This document shows positions 12,501-24,500 of a DNA stretch of 64,000 nt, piece after piece; the first letter of the stretch is position 1; each line of letters begins with the position of its first letter. A program made the translations under genes and the position numbers. The DNA comes from Vicugna vicugna (Eukaryota). The notes beneath the pieces were generated by a model. It was not told the origin of the DNA and ran no database searches. It worked only from the letters and a program-made list of their open reading frames with translations. The stretch lies in contig MU063499.1 of assembly GCA_013265495.1 (NCBI GenBank), positions 930,001 through 994,000 of the forward strand. The letters run 5' to 3'.

Positions 12501-15500
12501 CGCCCATCTGGGAGATGAGTCACTGAGGGGCGTTTTAGCCGTTTCTTGGAGAGGTTCTATTTTAGGTGAAACGCCTGTGACAGCCTGGGTGACGGGGGCT
12601 GTGTAAGGGAAGGTTCTGGTGGTGAGTGCAGGAGTTTTAGCACATGCCCTGGTTCAACCCTGTCCAGAACCCAAAGGAGGGTCACCCTGAAGTCCCAGGA
12701 TAAAGAGCCTTACCTCCTAGGTTCCTCTTCTTGGAAATTCCCACCTCAGGGCAGGCCACAGCTGGTGGGTGCATGACAGACACAGGACCTTGGGTGTAGG
12801 CTGGGCACCCACCGCAGGAACTGACTTTGTGGCTGCTGCCCTGGGTCAGGGCCTAGCCTCTCCTTGGGAGGGTGATCCTCTCAGGGTCCCTCTGAGAGTG
12901 AGTAATCAGCTTGCCCCTGGAAGCTCACTTTTGGTGGGAGTGAACCCCCCTCACCCCTGCCAAGAATGACTCTTCTAAAGGAGTCTTTGGACTGAGTTCC
13001 AGGGACGCAAATCGTTTCGTCTGTGGCTTTCTCTGTCCAAAAGTAGATGAAGCTGCCTTGGGTCTTCAAAAGCATCTAGCTGCGGCGATGGCTTCACACT
13101 GTGGTGCTTGGGCATCACTGTTGTTAGGGTTTCTAGAGCTGGGCTTGGTCTTTGAGTTTTGCAGGGGCAGCTTCTAGATCCATGACCTGACCTATATGAG
13201 ACTAAGTGGCCTCCAGAAGAGGCAGACATGCAAAAGGCACCAGGCTCCAGGCTGCAGCTCAGGAGCAGGACAGGGCTGGCAAGGCCAGTCTCGCCAGCAG
13301 CACTGCTTCCTGGCTGGGTAATTGCACAAGCTGGTTATGAGCCGATCTAAATCATATTAGATCTTGGTTTTCTCTACTGTGAAGACAAAATGAAAGAATG
13401 CTTGTGAACATGCTCTGTGTAGTGCTGGATGACGGGGTGGATGCACCAAAGTGCAGTCTCCTCCCCACTCCTCGGATGCTGCTCTTGTGCTTCTGGGAAA
13501 GACAGCCAAGCCCAGGCTCCCAAACTGGCAAGTCAGCCCCGGCGGCAGCAGCACAGCCCTACGGCCTCCAGGCATGGAGCAGGCCTGAGGGACCCCGAGG
13601 GTGAACAGAACAGGCCTTCTGCCCCAGGGACCAGACTGGACCTTTCCCTGGCAACGGGGCCACCACGGGGCTTTCAAAGACTCTGGCTGCAACCATAGAT
13701 GAGCAGACTTAGCCTCTGTCCTTGGATCTGGTTGAGAAGGAGGAGCCAGCCTCCTCCTTGTTGTCCGAATCTCCAACCTCATGGCCAAGGCCTTGGGAGA
13801 GCCGTGCCCCTAGTAACGGGTTATCGGGACTAATCCCACAGGGAGCCTGTCTGGAGTGAGCCCTGCTTCGTGCACACATCACCTCAACAGGAGCTCAGGG
13901 ACCAGTAGGGAGACAGGAGACACCCAAAGAAACGAAGTAGCGGAAACTTGGAGAAAGAATAATTACTGTGAAGAAAATAAACAGGTGATTAGATAAGTAC
14001 TTCGGAGGTGTTTTAGATCATGTGGCGAGGGAGGGCCCTGATGGGGAACTGGTACTTGGTTGAGACCTGCACAGCTAGCTGGGCCTGAGGGCAGAGGGAA
14101 TAGTGAGTGCAAGGGCCCCGGTTATAGAGGAGAGCTCACAGGACCGCTTGGCAGAACAGGAGGCCCAGTGCATCTTGGGTGAAGCAGCTCAGGGGAGAGG
14201 GGGATAGGCTGGGGTAGATCAGGGGCCTCATGGGCCATGGGAAAGAATTCCCATGGTAAGCATGATGGAATCCACTAGAGGGGTTCGAGGAATGTGTGAC
14301 TGCCTCTGCTCTGCTCCACACACCTGGAAGTGACGTGCTCTGATTTATATGTGGATTTTTTGGAGGGAAATAATATTGGCTCATGTAACTGGAGGTCTGA
14401 GGGTAGACTAAAGGCATAGGTGAACCCAGGGAATTAAGTGAAGTCATGAGATCTGCCTGCTCCTCCTTGTTTTGGCTCCACTTCTGACTGTCTGCTGACT
14501 TCATCCTTAGTACCTGTCTGCCTACTGGGCAAGATGGCTACTGACCACTAGAAGGCTACATCCTTCTGACGAGTGATCCTATCGCCTAACAGTCATCCAC
14601 CAAGTAACATGGAAGGGCTCTGGTTGGCCCTGTTGACAAGGTCACCTGCCCATCCCTGCACTGCCCCCTCCCCAGCTGAAAGCAGTGATTGGCCCACCCT
14701 GAGTCATGAGCCTGCTTTCCTCAGGGAGGAGTTAATGACACGTGAACAGCAACACAGGCCTTGTTTATTCTGGAGGCACAAGTTATCCCATTTTCTTTAA
14801 AAAAATTGTCTTCCTTAAGAAAACAAAAGCCTTTTTCATTCTACTTACGTCACTTACATTGCTTAACTTTGCCTTCACTTCTTTTGCTCTCAAGATTGTT
14901 CATATATGTCTTGTCTCCTCAGCTCGACTCCAAGCTCCTCCAGGACAGGAATTATGGTTTCTTTTTATTCGCTATGCCTCCTTCTCCCACCTGTTTCTCT
15001 TTATTCATTCTGCAAGTTTTTTACTGAATATCTACTGCATACCAGGCACTGCTCTAGGGCCATGCTATCCCTCCTGATTTACGTTTGAGATCACTGTGGC
15101 TGCTTTGTGGAAATGGCCTGAAGGGGGCAGCAGGGGAAAGAAAGTGACCAGTTGGAGGCTAAGGGGTCATCCAGCCAGGAGGATGGTAGCAAGGATTGAT
15201 GAGGCAGGATGTGGATGGAGATGGATGATACACACAGAGCAGAGGCAGAGCCACTGGATGTGGGGAGGACCCTGGCAGGCAGTGGGTTGGTAGTTGGGGA
15301 TGGGGAATGTGTAACTGCCTCTGCTCTGCTCCACACACCTGGCAGCTCCTAGAGGGTAGGGTGGTGCCATCTGCCCCTTCAGCCCCACCTCCTGGCAGCC
15401 CAGAAACACCTGAGCCAGGCTGGGCGCTCCTGCCTATGCAAGGAGTTGGGCCTGGCTGCTGGCTGCAGTGACGTGGGCCACGGGCGCCCCCAGTCCTGAC

Positions 15501-18500
15501 CACCCTGATAACCATGATGCTTCCTCCTCAGGTGAAGGAGTGGCTCTGTCTGAACTGCCAGATGCAGAGGGCTCTAGGGATGGACATGACCACTGCGCCT
15601 CGCTCCAAGAGCCAGCAGCAGCTGCACTCCCCAGCCCTGTCTCCAGCCCAGTCCCCAGCCAAACAGCCCCTGGGGAAGCCAGAGCAAGAGAGATCACGGG
15701 GCCCAGCGGGACCACAGCCTGGCCCCCGCCAGGCTGAGACAGCCAGGGCCACCTCAGTGCCGGGGCCTGCCCAAGCAGCTGCCCCTCCAGAGGTGGGGAG
15801 GGTGTCTCCACAGCCCCCTCTCCCCATCAAGCCTTCCACAGCTGAGCCCAGGCCACCTGCAGGGGAGGCCCTGGCCAAAAGTGCCACCACAGTGCCCTCT
15901 GGGCCTGGTGCTGCTGAGCAGACCCAGGAGGGCCTCACTGGGAAGCTCTTTGGCCTTGGTGCATCGCTGCTGACCCAGGCAAGCACCCTCATGTCTGTGC
16001 AGCCTGAGGCCGACCCCCAGGGCCAGCCTGCCCCCAGCAAGGGGCCGCCCAAGATCGTCTTCAGCGATGCCAGCAAGGAGGCTGGCCCGAGACCCCCAGG
16101 CTCAGGGCCTGGGACTGGGCCAGCACCTGGAGCCAAAACTGAGCCTGGAGCTGGAACAGGTCCTGGATCAGGGCCTGGAGCCCTGGCGAGAACTGGGGGA
16201 ACAGCCAGTCCAAAGCATGGCAGAGCAGAACACCAGGCAGTGTCCAAGGCTCCTGCCAAGCCAAAGACCATGCCGAAGGAAAGGGCCACCTGCCCACTGT
16301 GCCAAGCCGAGCTCAACGTGGGCAGCAAGGGCCCTGCCAACTATAACACCTGCACCACCTGCAAACTCCAGGTGTGCAACCTGTGTGGCTTCAACCCGAC
16401 GCCCCACCTGGTGGAGGTAAGAGAGCTGGACCAAGCATGTTCCTTTGGGCCTTGATGAGGGGCCGAGGCCTGGGGTCATGGGGGCATGGGAGCCAGAAAG
16501 GGCTGCGGAAAGCTGGGTCTGTAACAGTCACAGGGCTGCCCCTACACAGCTGCAGAGGGGCTATGCTCCCTTATCTGTCCCTTCCCTGGGCCGGTCCTTC
16601 CACTCAGAGAATAAACTGGCACAGCAGGTAGAATAATCATGCCCGCTGCCTCTGACTGACTGACCAGTGCCCTAAGACTGGTCCCAGAGGTAGCCAGGCT
16701 CTGGAGGCTCTGAACTGGCCTCCCCATTCCCAGCTTTCACGGGGATGGCCCTGATGGAAGATGCCAACCACCCCTGCTCATGTAGGACAACCCTGAGGTC
16801 CCACCCTGCCCTCAGTCTGACCCTCACAGAGATTAAAGGGCTGTTAGGCAGAGGCCTGTGCCCCCCACACAGGCTCTAGCCCAGCCAGGCAGTATCCTCC
16901 CATCATCCCTTCCTCTGAGGTCATGGGTTTTGATGTCTACTTGTCAAAATCACAGCCTTTGGTCCACATGTTTTCCCCTGGCTGGGCCTAGTCTCCCCGG
17001 GACTATTTGTGGGGATGCGCAGAGATGCTCTTCTTACCCACAGGGAAGTTTGAGAAAGTGTTCAAGACAGGTTGAGGCCTGTCTTTGCGGTCTCTCTCCC
17101 AAGAGAGAGTTCTGGTCACTGTGCAAACCTGAGTGGAAGGGAGTAGGAGGCCTAGTGTTCTCTCAAAGCCTGGGGCCCAGCCCGGGGTCCAGCCTGGGAG
17201 GCTCCGAAGGTGTGAAGGTACCGTGGCAGAGCTGGACGAGCCTGGGCCTGGAGGCTGCTTCTGCTTACCCACTCCCTTACCCGCTCCGCCCTGCCCAGGG
17301 CCATCCATGTGAACCCTTGGCTGCCTTGGGCGTAGCTGGATGTGTCCCCTTTCATGGCGTGCCCTTGGGGTCTATGACTGACTCCTCTTGGCAGGTGGAT
17401 GTGCCCCCAGCTGTGTCGTATCAGGAGATGGTCAAGCCAGCCCCCTCCTCCTGCACACAGGGAGTCACCTGAGTCCTTGGGGCTCCTGGGACGGCAGGAG
17501 CGTGGGAGTGTGGAGCGCGGACCACCGCTGGCCCAGAAAGCAACAGAGAAGCGCGTGGTGTTGTTGTGGTCTCTGCAGCACCTTGTTCTGACTTGCCTTG
17601 GGCCAACCTCCATGGGAGCAGCCCGTTGCGAAAAGGAAGATAACTTTGGCTGCCACAGGCCATCTTTTCCAACATGCAGGGAGGGGCAGGCTAAGGGGAC
17701 AAGCAACCTCATGTGATGCCCATGTGGCCCTCCAGACCCACACTACTACCTCCCAAGCCCTTGGTCCAGTGGTTTACTGGAGGACAACTGGCCAGAGAGC
17801 CAGGTGAACAGAGAGGCAAGGGGACACCAACAGGGTTACCACGGCACCAGAGGCACTCCCGTCAGAGCCAGGCATGCACTTACTGCTGGGTGGGGTGGCC
17901 CGACGCTGAGGGGCTGAGCCCAGTTGGACTGCTGAGCTGGCCCAGCCTGGAGGTCCCTGAGAGACCTCTTGGCCTACATTTCCTCATTAAGCAGAATGTG
18001 CAGAAAGGAAGGGAAAACTCTCTCTGTCCGGGAGTATAAATGTTCCTGACAGTTCCCTTCAGCAGCCTCTGGGCCAGGCCAGGGGAAGTGCTGATTCTAC
18101 CCAAACAGAAGTGTCTCAGTCACATGCTGACTCTGGGGGAGCAGGCTGGATTCTGATCCAAGCCTCTCACTGCTACTTGGTTGTCGCCTCCCTGAATCCC
18201 GGAGCTTCTGCCCCTTGATGGCCAGCATTGCCCCCTGCCCCAACCCCTCCATGTCCTCCTGTCTCCATATCCTGCCCCACTGCCACCTCCTGGGCCAGGA
18301 CGACCCTTGCCTCCACAGGATCTGATGGGTTCCATGGGCCTGATGGCCATGCTGCTGGGCACCCTGCTCCTCCTAGCTCCTCCCCACCCGCGGCCCCTGT
18401 TTCCCTGCTGCTTGCTCCTAACAGCAGCCAGAAGGTGGCCCAGCTTCTCTGACTCCTTTTTCCTCATGGCTCTGCTTGTTAATGCTGCCATCCTCGGAGG

Positions 18501-21500
18501 GCCTGTGGCTGCTTCTGGGGAAGGTGTGGATGGGCAGCCATGATGCCCCCTCCTGTGGTTCCCATGGAGACCGTGCCACCATCAACGCTGAGATGCAGGC
18601 TGGCAGCCTGGGGTCATCCTCAATTCCCTCTCTCTCACCTCAGCATCCACTCCATGGACCACGCCCTGCTGGCATTGCCTCCCCACTGGCCTCTGCTCTC
18701 CATCCCTGTAGCCATGGCCCTACTCTAAGCCCTTGTCCTCCCTCATCCAATGACCGAAACCTTCTCGTGGCTTTGCCTGCTTTGGGTCTTGCAAGGGGCT
18801 GATGGGGAGGGGCTGGTGCTTGGTCTGTCTCCTTCCCTCACCCTCCCCACCAGCACTGTTGCTTTCCTTCCCTGAGACTCTTAACCAGGCCACGGGCCAC
18901 CTCCAATCTCATCTCAGTAAATGGCCACTTGGCTTTGGAGCAATTTTGCTCTTCCCTTTGTGTTCTTGATAAAAGGCTCCTGATTCTCAGTAGGTGCCCC
19001 AGACACATCCTGCCTTGGAAGTGAGGTGGCAGTTCGAGCAGGTTCTTCTGCAGGACTGAGGGGTAGGTCTGCCCTGGTTGTCTCTCCCACACCTTCCTTG
19101 ACCAAGGCTGGCCTGTCAGATTGGGCATGATTGTGCTGTCTCTGTGCACCATGTGAGGCAGAGGGACCTGTGTCTGCATGCAGGCTGGGGGCCCTAGGGC
19201 AGGATGGACCAGGGAGCCCCACTGTTTGCTCCCCACAGGCCTGTTGGGCCTGCTGTGGCTCCACTTGAGGCCAGAGCCTCCTGTCTGAGCTGCCAGGGTG
19301 GGAATTACCCTTAATATCTCTGAGCTATAAAAATATTTTTACCTTTTTTGTGGCCAGGGAGGCCAGAGCATACAGTGGAGGAAGCAGGAAAACTAGATCC
19401 CTTTTCCCTTTGAAATTTCCTCTGAAAAAATAACCAAAGTGCTGTTTAGTGAGTCATTTCATAATTAAGAGTTGTTGATTCCAAATTTCTTACCTATTTA
19501 TCTTTTTGAAGGATAATAGTACCCTTTGGCTTAATTTTTAATTGGCTTTTGGTTCAAAATAGAGTTTGTGAAGAAATTAGTGGAATTAGAATTGTTACAG
19601 TAACATTGCCAGTTTCTTATCTTATTATAATTGCCAAAATTCCAGCCATGGTCTTGAGAAGACAGGCCGCCTTGGGCAAAGGGCCTGGCCTCTGTGATAT
19701 GTGGGTCGGGCTGGGCTTATTTGGGGCGAGGGCAGTAGCCAAGGCATCAGGAGAGAGGCCAGCTGCGGCTTCGCTCTAGACCTGCCTCAGTCTGCCTCTG
19801 GGGGTAGTGATCTCAGGGGGCCTGGTTTCCTCCCATGTGGACTGCGGGCCCTAGTACTCCTGCTTAGCTTTCTGTGAGAACCAGGTGAGATGCTGTACCT
19901 CAGATCCTTGTGCAAAGTCTAACACATAGTCAGCCCTCGAGTCAGGCAATTGGCACCAGAGTGCCCTAAAAGAGAGTCTCTGTACAGGGAAGAAAGAGTC
20001 CCCACCAGCCCCGACTATCTGGGTATGAATTGACCTTGTGGCCAGTGCAAGATCCTGGTCTCATGAGGGCCGGCCCACAGGGTATGAACACATTTGGTAC
20101 TGGAGCATGAAGAGAGCGCAGCCCAAACATAAAAGTATATGTTGGGCATATCAGAGAGGATTCCTCTTGTTGGAGGCAGAGACCCAGAAGGGAGGAGCCT
20201 AAGCCTGACCCGGGACAGGAGGGGTAGGGTCACAGAGTCAGAAGAGGAACAGCAGTACCTGTGATGGCCATCCCTGTGGTCCAGGGTGCCAGGCTTAGGC
20301 TTTTTACATCTGAGCATCCTTTTCACCCTCAGCAGTGTGGCTAGGGAGATGTTGGGCTAGGCAGCCAGCCTGGTGTCACCGTAACCAGACTGACACCTCG
20401 GCCACCTCCACATGCAGAATGCCTATGTTCTGCAGGGTCATTGGGGCAGCGAATGGCAGACAGTGCAGGGAGGATGCCCAGCTTCCAGTGGAGCCTCTCT
20501 GGGTTCTCTTGGCTCACAAGGCACGGCAGCCAGTGGGGTCCCAGAAGGTGGCAGGTCTCACCTGCCTGTGGGGCGCCCCACCAACTCTCTCAGACAACTC
20601 CATTCCCCTATCTCATCCTGAACCCACCTACCTCCATCTGATGGTCTGCGTACCTGCACCTCTTACCGTGATTAGGCAGTGATTGCCCTTGGGGGATTCC
20701 TACCTTCCTGCCCTCAGAAAGGAACTGGACAGAGAAAAGCGAGACAGACGTGGTCATCAGAGCCTCCCATGGTCCATCCCCAGGTCCCAGCTCATTCCCC
20801 GCCCACTTGCCAAAGGGGATAGGAAGAGGGGCACACTAGCAGCAGCTCCCCAGGGGCTGGGGCTGGGTGAGGAAGACTATGAGAGAGAATGTGCAAGTGA
20901 ATGAATGAATGAGGGAGTCAATACTAAAAGGGGAGAAGGAATAATGAACACGGAATGAATGAGCAGGGGTGGGGTGGGGGTATGAAGTGGGGGGCAGAAC
21001 AGCGTGAAAAAAGGAGTCAAGGTCTCAGGCTGCAGCTGCATTCCAGCATCCAGCCTTAGAGAGTCTGCAGGCCTGCCACCCATGCCATCCCCATCCTCCA
21101 GAAGACTTGGGACTCAGCCTGGTCTCTCCGCTCTACCTCTAACGGCCTCAGTGCCCTGGACCCTTCTCCCCCAACCCCCAGAGGGCTGGGGAAGGGCCTC
21201 CAGCAGCCAGGTCAGGTGTTTATTTTTAGCTCTTACCTCACATGCCTCCTCCTGCCCTCCCTCCCTCCCTTGCTCCCTGCTATAGCAGAGCCGGGAACAA
21301 GAGGGCCGACAATTTGGCAGCCCTTTCTGCAGCCTGGCTGCCTCTGTGAGTAAGCGTGGGAAGGAACAAAGCCCTGGGGAGCATGTGACATGCTCTGCTG
21401 AGGGCTGGGCCTCTGGGCTCAGGTAGGAAGGCCACTGCAGGGGTTGGGTCTTAGCTCTTGGCATCAGCTCTGCCGCCTCCATCCAGTCCACCCTTCCAAG

Positions 21501-24500
21501 GTGCTCTTACTTTGTTTGGACTGTGGCTTTTGGGGTGGGGTCTGCAGGCTAGAGGTGGAGGTCAGAGGTTTGCCAAGCCACCAAGGTGAGCCAAAGCAGA
21601 TGACCTCACCTTGAGAGGCCTAACCTGGGATGGCTGTGTACATGGACCCAAGATGGAGTCAGGGCACTGTTGCCTTGGGCCAGCCCCCTGTCTAGGCCTG
21701 GATCCTAACCACATCATGCTGATCCTGGGACTGGGGAAGTGACTGTTTGCTCATTTCCAGAACTCTCTCTGAGCCTCTGTCTACCCATCCCACCTCTCTA
21801 GGATCTTTTCTCCATCTCACAGTCCTCTCTGTCATGGAGGGATTTCCGTTGTGACCCCAGGTGATGCTGGGGCACATGTGGAGGGGATTCCTGATTCAGC
21901 CCATCCAGCACTCTCCCCCAGCTCCTTTAGGACAGACCCTGTCAGGCACCAAGTGAGTCCAAGGTGCAGCAAGTGGCCAGCACCCATTGCATCATAGGAG
22001 TTTGTAGAGGGATACATAGAGCATGAGATAAGGTCTAAAGGCGTCAGCACGTGTGCTAGGGCCAGGCCCTGCAAGGGATAAGATGAGTATGTGCAGGACC
22101 TCTGAAGTCTCCTCCTCCATAGCTGAGCCCCTCTGCCCTGTGTATGGATTTGTATGTGCTGGTCTGGGCAGAGTTGGAGCTCCAGTCTCAGGGAAGCAGT
22201 CTCAAGGCCCTGTGTAACAAGCCTGTGGAGCAGACCTATCTCTCAATAAACACCAAGGCCCTGCCACCCACCCCACGTGGCCTCTGCTGGGGCCCAGGGC
22301 AGAGAAGGTATGTAGCTCTGTGGGTAGAAAACGAGGGCAAAATCATTGATACCATGGTGTCCTGAGGATGCCAGGCTGAGGATAGGCATCCTGGAGGTAC
22401 CATGCTTCCAATGCTCTTCCAGGTATGCTAGGGTCTGACTGGGGCCCAGGGGCAGCATGTGAGGTAAGGGTGCTGAGAATGTGGCCCACTTTGGGCTGGT
22501 GAGGGCCAAGAGCCACCTCTTTGCCCTGTCCTTGGCTCTTTGACCGTATGGTTCTGTGTCCTCTGGTTCTCCTAATGTCCCATCCGAGTGGCCAAGCTGC
22601 TGGTGGGAACCTGAGTGTCTGAGCACCCAGATGTGCATCAGCAGGAAGGTGGGACCGCCAAGGCTCTGCACGCTGGGGCAAGAGCAGGCACAGGTGTGCA
22701 CTGTCACTTTCACTCCCTACCCAACCCCTTGTGGGCCAGGGCAGGGACTCAAGTCTTGCCAGAGAGGAGCACTGTCTCTGGAGGAGGCTCCTGGGAGACA
22801 GGCTCCTGCCAGCCTCTGACGTGCTACAGAAATCACTTGCTCAGAGCCTGGGATGCTCAGACCGCACCCCTGTGCAGACATCTGGAGGTGGGGGACTTAG
22901 ACTTGGTTGGACACATTAAGACCTGTGTCCATCTTAGTCATGGTTGTGTCTCCAGCCCCCAGCACTGAGCCTGACACAGACAGGGTGATCCTGAAAGTGT
23001 TGATGGTCAAGAATTTGATCCCAGCCAAGCTCTGGAGGAACCAGGGCCCCTGGCCTAAGGGCTGGCAGACACAATCCCCATCAGAAGAACAGCCCCAAGC
23101 CCTGGGAGCAGGAGGAGGCTTCTACTTGGGAGTCTTTGCTGGCCTTAGACAAGGTGACTTGGGCTGGGGGGGTGCCAGAGGGGATGGCTCAGCCCCATCC
23201 CCAACCTCCAATCAGGGCTTCTCCCAGACAGCCTCCCCTGGAGCCTGCAGCCTCCAGGCACAGCCCTTACTTCAGGGGGAGGGATGGTGTCTGATGTCTG
23301 AGAGCTAGGAGGCTGGGGTGGGGCAGTGCATCCAGGAGGTGCTCCCTGTCTGATGCCATTCCTGGTCTGCAGGGGCTCTCACCTGGGGGGCCCTACACCT
23401 CTCCCAGGAGCTGTTCCCTCCCTGGGGGTGATCTCCAGCTCCCCCTCTTCCCAGATCCTTGTGATACTTCTGTAGCCTCCCCTCCCCTATGGGTTCTCCT
23501 CCTTTTCTGGCCAAGGGAAAAGCTCTCTATGGGGTAAGGAAGGGACCCTTCTTTTGGGTTTGTCATTTTAACTCTGTATATATGCATCCAAAGGATGGGG
23601 AAGTCTGTCATTTGGGGGCAACAGATCTATCAGTCTTTTTCTCCTTGTGCCTTTAGTGTCATGCTTGGGAAGACTTTCTCCTCCTTCAGGTTATAGAAAT
23701 AGTCATGGACAGAATCTGAGTACTTCAGTGTCTTTGTGATTTTCATCAAACTCCCTCCTCTCTTGTTGCCTTACAGAAAACTGAGTGGCTCTGTCTGAAC
23801 TGCCAAACTAAGCGGCTGCTGGAGGGCAACCTGGGAGAGCCAACCCCTCTGCCGCTGCCCACCTCACCGCAGCCCCCTGTAGGAGCCCCTCACCGTGCAT
23901 CTGGAACAGCCCCTCCAAAGCAGAAAGGGGCACAGGGGCTGGGCCAGCCATTAGGTCCCTCGCCTGCCAAGGCCAGTCCCCTGCCCACCAAGGCCAGTCC
24001 CCAGGCCAAGCCCCTCAGGGCTTCTGAACCCAGCAAGACCCCGAGCAGTGCCCAGGAAAAGAAGATAGGAGTCCCAGCTAAAGCTGAGCCTGTGCTGAAG
24101 CCACCTCCAGAGACTACCCTGCCCCCTGGGACTCCTAAAGCAAAGATGGGGGCGCGGAGGGCTGAACCTGCCACCCCTGTCGTGAAGGCTGTTCCAGAAG
24201 CCCCCAAGGGTGGGGAGACAGAGGTCAGTCCCATTCAATTCCCAGAGATCCTATCTTTCAGGCAGGGCAGTCTAGGGAAGGGCTTAGCTCCCTGGGGGAC
24301 TGGGATGTAGGCCTGAGGCAGGCTCCTTGGGACCACAAAGGACAGCTTGGACGCCTAGATGAGGCCCTGGTGGGCCTGGAGCTTGTGAGTTCTAGGCTGA
24401 TCCTGTGTCTGACACCTTGTTGGTTGCTTTGCTGGGTTTTGCTACTATTAGATGGAGTTAAGTTTCTCTGAAAACCGAGGGCAGCTTGGGGTTTGACATG

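Noticed and set aside
15528-16340. 270-aa antisense ORF over BSN exon 3, plus other antisense or alternate-frame ORFs in exons 5-7 (e.g. 25489-26070, 33671-34369, 34736-35380)
   Set aside because: Shadow ORFs expected from GC-rich, codon-biased exons; no recognisable domains.
16858-17472. 204-aa ORF in BSN intron 3 (likewise 4889-5425, 17152-17712, 38890-39471, 45528-46118)
   Set aside because: No homology I can recognise, no convincing splice or Kozak context, and composition typical of random GC-rich ORFs.
18646-18666. Possible REST/NRSE site in BSN intron 3 (atccactccatggaccacgcc)
   Set aside because: Only about 15 of 21 positions match, with the conserved CAGCACC and GGACAG cores both broken. 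I found no convincing RE1 by eye.
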